From Opitutus sp. GAS368 (lineage in GTDB: Bacteria; Verrucomicrobiota; Verrucomicrobiia; Opitutales; Opitutaceae): a stretch of 64,000 bases of DNA. A model generated the notes under the pieces. That model had not been told where the DNA came from, did no database searches, and worked only from the letters and a program-made list of their open reading frames with translations. Below, one piece after another: positions 56,912 to 64,000 of this stretch (positions within the stretch are counted from its first letter, which is position 1; every line of letters begins with the position of its first letter). A program made the translations under genes and the position numbers. The stretch covers positions 826 to 64,825 of the forward strand of contig CAMCHO010000005.1 of NCBI GenBank assembly GCA_945874455.1, given 5' to 3'.

Positions 56912-58681
56912 ATGACTCCCAGTACCCCGCCCCCCACCACCGCCACCGCCGCCGACGATTTTGTCATTCAGTTGGCCCTCGACCGCGGATTGCTGAGTCC
57001 GAGCCAGGTCGGGGCGGCCCGCGCGGTGGTCGCTGGTCACACCGATCTTGCGACGGCGACCCCGCGGCTGTTTGCGGTGCTGGTCGGGCAGGGGGCACTC
57101 AACGCTCGTCGCGTCGCTGCAATGCTCGCGGAAGAGTTCGGGATGCAGATGGCTCCGGACATGACGAACATGCGCGTGACCGGGGATACTCTTGACCTCG
57201 TGCCACGCGCCATTGCGGCCCGCTATCGCTTGCTCCCGCTGCAGCGGGAGGGCAATCGCCTCCGCGTCGCGATCGCCGATCCGCTCGATACCGACGGCAT
57301 CGATGCGCTCAGTCATATCGTCAAGCTCACGATCGAGCCCGTCGTGGCGACTGCCGACGAAATCACCGATGCGATCAACCGATTCTACGGCAAGGACGCT
57401 AACTCCATCGACGACCTGCTCAACGATCTTTCGGTGACCGGCGGCGGGGGTGATGCCTCAGCAGTGACGACGGAGGCCAGCACGGCGGGCAAGGCGAGCA
57501 ACACCGAGACCGACGGCCCGATCATCAAGCTGGTTCACCAGATCATGTTTGAGGCGATTCAGCGGCGTGCTTCGGACATCCATTTGGAGCCGCTTGAAAA
57601 GCGCTTCCGCGTCCGCTACCGGATCGATGGCGTCTTGCTCGAAGTCGAAAATCCACCCAAGCGCCTCCAGCTCTCGATTATTTCGCGGCTAAAGATCATG
57701 GCGAATATTTCGATCGCCGAGAAACGGATACCTCAAGACGGGCGCATCCAGATTTCCGTCGGGGGCAAGCAGCTCGATTTGCGCGTGTCCTCGCTGCCGA
57801 CCGCCCATGGCGAGAGCATCGTAATGCGTATTCTGGACAAAGAAGGGCTCACGCTCGGCTTGCCGGAACTGGGCTTTTTCCGGGACGACGCCGCGACGTT
57901 CGAACGATTGATCGCGTTGCCCGACGGCATTCTGCTAGTGACCGGACCCACCGGCTCCGGCAAGACGACGACGCTCTACGGCTGCCTCCATTTTATCAAC
58001 AAGCCCGACCGCAAGATCATCACGGTCGAGGATCCGGTCGAGTACCAGCTGAACGGTATCAATCAGGTGCCCGTGCGCCACGACGTGGGCATGACCTTTG
58101 CATCCGCCCTCCGCGCGATGCTGCGGCAGGCCCCGAACATCGTGATGGTCGGCGAAATTCGCGACCTGGAGACCGCCGAGATCGCGATCAACGCCTCGCT
58201 GACCGGCCACATGGTTTTTTCGACGCTGCACACCAATGATGCGCCGGGTGCGATCACGCGGCTCATCGATATCGGAGTGAAACCCTTTCTGGTGTCGACC
58301 TCGCTGCGCTGCGCGATGGCCCAGCGGCTCGTCCGCAAGATTTGTGCGAAGTGCAAGAAGCCGATGACGCCCACCGCCCAAGAGCTGCGCTCCCTGAACA
58401 TCAATCCGGCGCAGGCCGCTACCGCGACGTTCGCCCAAGGCGAGGGCTGCGCCGGTTGCAATGCCACGGGCTACCGCGGTCGCATGGGCATTTTCGAGAT
58501 TTTTGTGATCACCGAGGAAATTCAGAAAATGATTTACGAAGGTGCCGGCGGCGCGAGGCTGCGCGACCGGGCCCGTTCGGCCGGGATGCGGACCATGCGC
58601 GAGGATGGCACTCGTAAGGTGACCGCCGGTTTGACCACGATTGAAGAGGTCGTCTCGATCACGGTTGGTGACGCGAGTTAA
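56912..58681 (+). CDS. GspE/PilB-family type II secretion / type IV pilus assembly ATPase (paralog 1)
   Basis: It has a T2SSE_N-like N-domain, Walker A ([10 protein letters not shown]) and the tetracysteine CAKCKK...[12 protein letters not shown]. It starts 15 nt after the rho stop. Confidence 0.9.
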   Translation: MTPSTPPPTTATAADDFVIQLALDRGLLSPSQVGAARAVVAGHTDLATATPRLFAVLVGQGALNARRVAAMLAEEFGMQMAPDMTNMRVTGDTLDLVPRAIAARYRLLPLQREGNRLRVAIADPLDTDGIDALSHIVKLTIEPVVATADEITDAINRFYGKDANSIDDLLNDLSVTGGGGDASAVTTEASTAGKASNTETDGPIIKLVHQIMFEAIQRRASDIHLEPLEKRFRVRYRIDGVLLEVENPPKRLQLSIISRLKIMANISIAEKRIPQDGRIQISVGGKQLDLRVSSLPTAHGESIVMRILDKEGLTLGLPELGFFRDDAATFERLIALPDGILLVTGPTGSGKTTTLYGCLHFINKPDRKIITVEDPVEYQLNGINQVPVRHDVGMTFASALRAMLRQAPNIVMVGEIRDLETAEIAINASLTGHMVFSTLHTNDAPGAITRLIDIGVKPFLVSTSLRCAMAQRLVRKICAKCKKPMTPTAQELRSLNINPAQAATATFAQGEGCAGCNATGYRGRMGIFEIFVITEEIQKMIYEGAGGARLRDRARSAGMRTMREDGTRKVTAGLTTIEEVVSITVGDAS

Positions 58682-58709
58682 GCCACGCCAACTGCAAGCG
58701 AGTCGCCCC

Positions 58710-59792
58710 ATGAGCTATGAAATGAATGATCTGCTGGATCTGATGGTGGATCAAAGGGCGTCCGATCTCCACCTCCAGGTCGGCCAACCGCCGACGCTCC
58801 GTCTGAGCGGCAGCATGACGCCGATCGACGGTCCGCCAATCACGCCGAGCGATACGGAACGATTGATGCAAGCCATCACGCCTGATGCCCACATCAGCGA
58901 CGTGAAGCTGAAGGGTGGCGCCGATTTCGCCTTCGCCTTTGGCGAGAAGGCGCGTTTCCGCGTGTCGGTGCTGAAGTCGAAAACCAACTACGGGATGGTG
59001 CTGCGGCAGATTCCTCAGAAGATATTGGGCCTTCGCGACATTGGACTGCCGGATAAATTCCGCGAACTGTTGAACCGTCCCCGCGGCCTGATTCTCGTCA
59101 CCGGACCCACCGGATCGGGTAAGTCCACGACGCTCGCTTCGATGGTGAATTACATCAACGAAACGCGCGACGGCCATATCATCACGATCGAGGATCCCAT
59201 CGAGTATTATCACGGCCATAAGCGGTGCATCGTGACGCAGCGCGAGGTGCCCGTGGATGTCCCCAGTTTTTCCGAAGCGATCCGCCGGGGGCTCCGGCAG
59301 GACCCTGATATCATTATGGTCGGTGAAATGAGGGACCTCGAGACGATCGAGGCGGCCGTCAGCGCGGCCGAGACGGGGCACTTGGTCTTTGGCACGCTGC
59401 ATACGAACGGCGCGGCAAAGACGGTGGACCGCATCGTCGACGCCTTTCCGGCGGGCACGAAGGACATTATTCGCACGCAACTCGCTTCATCACTCGTGGG
59501 CGTCATCTCCCAAGTGCTTTGCAAAAAAGTTGGCGGCGGCCGGATCGCAGCCTACGAGATTATGGTCAATACGACCTCCATCGCTGCGCTGATTCGTGAA
59601 AACAAAACGTTTCGCATAACGTCGGATATCCAGACGGGAGCCCATCTCGGGATGATCACGTTGGACGCTCACCTGATGAGCTTGGTGAACCGTGAACTGG
59701 TGGCACCGGAAGAGGCGCTCCAAAAGGCGCAGGACACCAATCTGATGCGGGAAAATTTTATCAAGATGGGCTTGAACTTCCGCGAGATTTGA
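58710..59792 (+). CDS. pilT: Type IV pilus retraction ATPase PilT
   Basis: I place the start at [22 protein letters not shown]. It shows Walker A ([10 protein letters not shown]), [10 protein letters not shown], and a PilT-like length of 360 aa. Confidence 0.88.
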   Translation: MSYEMNDLLDLMVDQRASDLHLQVGQPPTLRLSGSMTPIDGPPITPSDTERLMQAITPDAHISDVKLKGGADFAFAFGEKARFRVSVLKSKTNYGMVLRQIPQKILGLRDIGLPDKFRELLNRPRGLILVTGPTGSGKSTTLASMVNYINETRDGHIITIEDPIEYYHGHKRCIVTQREVPVDVPSFSEAIRRGLRQDPDIIMVGEMRDLETIEAAVSAAETGHLVFGTLHTNGAAKTVDRIVDAFPAGTKDIIRTQLASSLVGVISQVLCKKVGGGRIAAYEIMVNTTSIAALIRENKTFRITSDIQTGAHLGMITLDAHLMSLVNRELVAPEEALQKAQDTNLMRENFIKMGLNFREI

Positions 59793-59820
59793 GTCCTTCC
59801 CTTCACCTCCACCCCGCCTG

Positions 59821-61512
59821 ATGTTTCCGACTCACAGTCCCGCCATCTACGAGTTCCTGAAAGAGCACCGGCTCGTCGAGCAGGCGCAACTCGACGAACT
59901 CAATGAAGAACACAAGGCCACGGGTAAGCCGTTGGCCGACGTCGTCGTCGATCTCGGCATCATCGAGAAATCCTCCCTGCTTCACCGCATCGCCGAACAC
60001 CTCGGCTACGATTATCTCGTGGAGCTTCCCGTCCAGTTTCCGGGCGAAGCCATTGCTGCAATCACGGGTAAGCTCGCGCGCGATTACGGGGTGATGCCGC
60101 TGAGCGCCGACGAGCAGAATATCGACCTTCTCGTCAGCGATCCGTTCAACTCGCAGGCCATCGACGACCTCACCTTCGCCCTGGGTCGCAATGTCCGGCT
60201 CTTTTTCGCGGACCCCGACAAGATCGATGTGCAGATCAAACAGCACTATGGTGAGGACGAGGCCAGCATCGACGACCTCCTGCAGGAAATCAATTCGGGC
60301 AGTCTGCCCACGGATGGGCGCGCTCTGTCCGAGCGCGACATCGAGTCGATGGCGGAGCAGACGCCGATCATTCGTTTCGTCAATCTCGTCATCGGCCAAG
60401 CCATCCGCGACAAGGCGAGCGACATCCACTTCGAGCCGTTTGAACACGAGTTCAAGATCCGCTATCGCATAGACGGTTCTCTTTACGAAATGGCGCCTCC
60501 CCCCAAGGCGCTGTCCCTGCCCATTCTGTCGCGGCTCAAGGTCTTGGCGTCGCTCAACATCGCCGAGCGCCGCATCCCGCAGGACGGACGCATCAAGATC
60601 AACATTGGTGGACGGCAGGTGGATCTGCGCGTCTCGACCTTGCCGACGCAATTTGGCGAGAGCGTGGTGCTGCGCGTGCTGGATCAGTCGGCGGTGCAGC
60701 TCGACATCTCGCAACTCGGTATGCCGCCGGACGTGTTTAACGGCATTCAGGAGATTGTTCGTCGCCCCAATGGTATTTTCATCGTCACGGGCCCGACCGG
60801 CTCCGGGAAAACGACCACGCTCTACAGCGGTCTGCGGATCATTAACACTGCGGACCTCAAGCTGCTCACCGCCGAGGACCCGGTTGAATACGAGATCGAA
60901 GGCATCATGCAGGTGCCGGTGAATCCGCTCGTCGGGCTCACGTTTGCCGCGGCGTTGCGCTCCTTCCTCCGCCAAGATCCCGATGTGATTATGGTCGGAG
61001 AAATCCGCGATCTGGAGACCGCGCAGATTGCCATCCAGGCATCGCTGACCGGTCACTTGGTGCTTTCGACGCTGCACACGAACGACTCCGCCGGCGCCGT
61101 CACGCGACTGGTGGACATGGGTGTGGAACCGTTTCTCATCGCGTCATCACTCGAGGCCGTGCTCGCCCAGCGCCTCGTGCGGCGCGTGTGTGTGCAGTGC
61201 CGCACGCCCTATACGCCGCCGCCGGATTTGTTGAAGCCACTCGCGATCTCGGCGGATAGCGTGGGCGACCGGCAGTTTTTTTACGGGAAAGGTTGTCCGA
61301 CCTGCTCGCAGTCGGGCTATCGCGGGCGCCTCGGCATTTATGAATGGTTGCGCATGAGCGAGGCACTCCGCGACCTCATCGGCCAACGCGCATCCACGCT
61401 GGTGATCCGGCAGAAAGCGATTGAGCAGGGCATGCGCACGTTGCGGGATGACGGCCTGCGCGCGATCTTTGATGGACATACGTCAATCGAGGAAGTCATC
61501 AAATACACTTAA
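59821..61512 (+). CDS. GspE/PilB-family assembly ATPase (paralog 2)
   Basis: It has an N-terminal T2SSE_N/MshEN-like region, Walker A ([10 protein letters not shown]) and CVQCRTPY...CPTCSQSGYRGR. Confidence 0.9.
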   Translation: MFPTHSPAIYEFLKEHRLVEQAQLDELNEEHKATGKPLADVVVDLGIIEKSSLLHRIAEHLGYDYLVELPVQFPGEAIAAITGKLARDYGVMPLSADEQNIDLLVSDPFNSQAIDDLTFALGRNVRLFFADPDKIDVQIKQHYGEDEASIDDLLQEINSGSLPTDGRALSERDIESMAEQTPIIRFVNLVIGQAIRDKASDIHFEPFEHEFKIRYRIDGSLYEMAPPPKALSLPILSRLKVLASLNIAERRIPQDGRIKINIGGRQVDLRVSTLPTQFGESVVLRVLDQSAVQLDISQLGMPPDVFNGIQEIVRRPNGIFIVTGPTGSGKTTTLYSGLRIINTADLKLLTAEDPVEYEIEGIMQVPVNPLVGLTFAAALRSFLRQDPDVIMVGEIRDLETAQIAIQASLTGHLVLSTLHTNDSAGAVTRLVDMGVEPFLIASSLEAVLAQRLVRRVCVQCRTPYTPPPDLLKPLAISADSVGDRQFFYGKGCPTCSQSGYRGRLGIYEWLRMSEALRDLIGQRASTLVIRQKAIEQGMRTLRDDGLRAIFDGHTSIEEVIKYT

Positions 61513-61516
61513 CCCC

Positions 61517-62695
61517 ATGGCGAAACTCTCCGTGCGCTCCGAGCCCGCCGCCCCTGTGCCGGCCACCTTTGCAGCCAAAGCGCCGCCGCGGCCTTCGACG
61601 GCTTTCAATAGTGGTGCCGCGCCCGCGAAAAAGAAACGCCGCCAGTTTGGCAACGTCACCAACGCGAAAGGCGTCGCGGTCTTTACTCGCCAGCTCGCCA
61701 CATTGGTGAAGGCCGGGATGCCCATTCTGCGCAGTCTCGAGGTGTTGGCCCGACAGGAAAAACGGCCCGCGTTCAAAGACGTGCTTGAGACGATCGCCGA
61801 CACGATTCGCTCGGGCGGAAATTTTTCCGACGGCCTCGCCGCAAACGGCAAGGTTTTTGACCGACTGTACATCAACATGGTGAAGGCGGGTGAGGCCGGC
61901 GGCGTGCTCGATACCGTTTTGGAACGTCTGTCGGTATTCATGGAGAAGGCGCAGAAAATCCAAGGCAAGGTGAAGTCTGCGATGATCTATCCGGCCGTGA
62001 TCGTTTCGGTCGCGCTGGTGATTGTCTCGATCTTGATGATTTTCGTGGTGCCGAAATTCCAAGAAATTTTCACCGGTTTGCTCAAAGGGCAGCCGTTGCC
62101 CGCCCTCACTCAAGTGTTGTTGGACATAAGTAATTTCCTCAAGGACCAGTATCCCTTCGCGATCGGCGGCCTGATGGCAGCCTACTTTGGGTTCAAATTT
62201 TTCGCCCAGATGCGACTGGGCAAACGCCTGATCGATTGGTCGCTCATTCATATGCCGATTGTGGGCGATCTATTCCTGAAGGCGGCCATTGGCCGGTTTA
62301 CGCGCACCTTCGGGACCTTGCTGTCGAGCGGCGTGCCCATTCTGCAAGCGTTGACGATTACTCGCGATACGAGTGGCAACGTCCACATCGCCGATGCGAT
62401 CAACGCCGTCCATGACCGCGTGAAGGAAGGCGACAACGTCGCCAAGCCGCTGGAGTCGACGCGTATCTTCCCCGGCATGGTCACGAGTATGATCGAGGTG
62501 GGTGAGGAGACGGGTGCGCTGCCCGACATGTTAACCCGGATCGCCGACACTTATGACGAAGAAGTCGACACGGCGGTCGCTGGTCTGACGTCGATCATCG
62601 AGCCCATTATGATCGTGTTCATGGCGGTCATGGTCGGCACCATCGTCATCGCGCTGTTCTTGCCGCTCGTGAGCATTATTGAAAACTTGTCCTGA
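61517..62695 (+). CDS. pilC: Type IV pilus / T2SS inner-membrane platform protein (PilC/GspF family)
   Basis: I place the start at MAKLSVRSEP, 4 nt after the ATPase stop. It contains two GspF repeats (FTRQLATLVKAGMPIL and FTRTFGTLLSSGVPIL). Confidence 0.88.
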   Translation: MAKLSVRSEPAAPVPATFAAKAPPRPSTAFNSGAAPAKKKRRQFGNVTNAKGVAVFTRQLATLVKAGMPILRSLEVLARQEKRPAFKDVLETIADTIRSGGNFSDGLAANGKVFDRLYINMVKAGEAGGVLDTVLERLSVFMEKAQKIQGKVKSAMIYPAVIVSVALVIVSILMIFVVPKFQEIFTGLLKGQPLPALTQVLLDISNFLKDQYPFAIGGLMAAYFGFKFFAQMRLGKRLIDWSLIHMPIVGDLFLKAAIGRFTRTFGTLLSSGVPILQALTITRDTSGNVHIADAINAVHDRVKEGDNVAKPLESTRIFPGMVTSMIEVGEETGALPDMLTRIADTYDEEVDTAVAGLTSIIEPIMIVFMAVMVGTIVIALFLPLVSIIENLS

Positions 62696-62749
62696 CCACA
62701 ATGCCGCCGGGCTGCTCAACGAGGCAGGCAGTGCGAACCAGCGTGCAAA

Positions 62750-63742
62750 CTAGGCGAGTGGTTTTTTCGTCAGGAGTGGGGAGCTCAATCCGGGCAGGCG
62801 TTCGGAGAACTCATCGGTCTCTCCGGCCTGGCGCAGCGCGCGCTGGACCATCCCCATCTTCGCGTCGAGATTGTCGATCATGGACACAAACACGGCCTCG
62901 GGAGTCGCGGCATAGACGGCTGCGCCCCACTCGGGTTCGCCTTGGTGCGACAGAATAATATGCTCGAGGCGCTCCAGCAGATCGGGTGCAAGTTTGGTTT
63001 TCATACCGGCTTTGCGTGCGAGTTGGTAGCCGAGCACCACGTGCCCCTGGAGAATTCCGCGACGGCTGCGTTTGATGGCGAGGGTGCCCTCATATTCAAT
63101 GACTTTTCCCGTATCATGTAAAAGGATGCCGGCCATCGCGAGGTCAGCGTGCACCTCGGGGTAGAGCGGGAGCAGGGCTCGGCAGGCGCGGGCCATGTGC
63201 GTCGTGTGCTCGAGCAGACCGTGGCGATAGGCGTGGTGCATTGCGACGGCGGCTGGAGCGCATTGGAAGTTCGCCCCGATGTCATCGAAAACGGCGCGCA
63301 CCGTTGCCCGGAGATCGGCATGGCCAATGGCTTCGATAAACGTTTCGAACTCCGCCCAGAGCGTCACCGGGTTTTCCGGGGCAACTTCGACCAAGGTTTC
63401 GAGCAGACTTGAATCGTTGAGCTGTTCTTCGGAAAGTACGTCGGCACGGGCTATTTTCGGGGAGAGACGTCCTTGATAGTAGTCGATCTTTCCCTCGATG
63501 CGAACGACCGCTCCCTCACCGCCGGTCTTGATGATGTCGAAAGCGGGGCTGTCCGAAAAAATCGTGCATCCGAAAGAGCCGGTGCGGTCGCCGAGGTCCA
63601 CGCTATAAAACGGATTGCCGTTTGAGGCGGTTTTCGAGGTGAGTTTTTTTACGAGGAGCAGACTCGCGAAGGGACGGCCGTTGGCTTCGGTGCCAGACGT
63701 CTTCAAGTCGCGGACAGTGGAAAGCATGGGCGAGTCAGGCAT
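62750..63742 (-). CDS. OB-fold plus HD-domain 3'-5' exoribonuclease (YhaM-like)
   Basis: An N-terminal OB-like region (FYSVDLGDRTGSF) is followed by the HD domain HHAYRHGLLEHT ... LLHDTGK. Confidence 0.7.
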   Translation of the reverse strand: MPDSPMLSTVRDLKTSGTEANGRPFASLLLVKKLTSKTASNGNPFYSVDLGDRTGSFGCTIFSDSPAFDIIKTGGEGAVVRIEGKIDYYQGRLSPKIARADVLSEEQLNDSSLLETLVEVAPENPVTLWAEFETFIEAIGHADLRATVRAVFDDIGANFQCAPAAVAMHHAYRHGLLEHTTHMARACRALLPLYPEVHADLAMAGILLHDTGKVIEYEGTLAIKRSRRGILQGHVVLGYQLARKAGMKTKLAPDLLERLEHIILSHQGEPEWGAAVYAATPEAVFVSMIDNLDAKMGMVQRALRQAGETDEFSERLPGLSSPLLTKKPLA

Positions 63743-64000
63743 GGGATTTTACGAGTTGGGTATAGGGCTTGAAGAAAGGGTGCCGCACATCGCGGAGCAG
63801 TGAGTAATAAATCGTCTCGCTCGGCAGGACGTGCACGCCGGCGGCGCGCAGGGCCACGAGGCAGGCGGCGGAATCCTCGGGGTGCCGAGCGCCGATACAG
63901 TCACTGAGGAGCGTGACCTGCAAACCCTCCGCGAGTGCGGCGATCGCCGTCTGGTATACGCAGATGGGCGTCTCGATCCCGCAGAGCAAGAGATGCTCGA
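63735..64000 (-). CDS. Isochorismatase-family (cysteine hydrolase) protein, C-terminal part; the 5' end lies beyond the window
   Basis: GIETPICVYQTA shows the catalytic Cys context. The reading frame is open to the right edge, and the gene overlaps the yhaM-like start by 8 nt. Confidence 0.6.
   Translation of the reverse strand, partial: EHLLLCGIETPICVYQTAIAALAEGLQVTLLSDCIGARHPEDSAACLVALRAAGVHVLPSETIYYSLLRDVRHPFFKPYTQLVKSHA

Overview
GC-rich chromosomal segment from a Gram-negative (diderm) bacterium. LptD, an AsmA-like protein and a TonB-dependent receptor support the diderm call. Gene content would fit a Verrucomicrobia/PVC-like lineage, but that is only a guess. All calls come from reading motifs in the supplied ORF translations; no searches were run. 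The window is mostly core metabolism. It holds an Aas-like lipid enzyme, RsmB-family methylase plus LptD, GlgB, tRNA-Thr(CGT), and a dnaK-groES-groEL chaperone block. It also holds CysK and a complete caa3-type cytochrome oxidase biogenesis region: coxII-I-III-IV-ctaG, a tethered azurin, DUF420-ctaB-ctaA, and SCO with a partner gene. Further along are a lipase-like/TonB-receptor/GlpQ block, a fucose-like sugar module, ComM, and a co-directional coaE-rho-pilB-pilT-pilB-pilC string. Five places deserve a second look. (1) A two-gene ABC-ATPase plus Toprim-like module, cut by the left window edge, looks like an OLD/PARIS/AbiL-type defence pair. (2) A roughly 400 bp degenerate tandem array of about 23-24 bp units lies next to a strongly AT-rich nested inverted repeat and a small HTH gene, all inserted inside the respiratory cluster. 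(3) Rho carries a roughly 300-residue low-complexity N-terminal extension. (4) Two paralogous PilB/GspE ATPases bracket pilT directly downstream of rho. (5) A CusF-like::SCO fusion is translationally coupled to an internally duplicated HxHP-motif protein. Many long antisense ORFs in the track are GC-composition artefacts and were rejected. I see no CRISPR array, rRNA or recognisable transposase.
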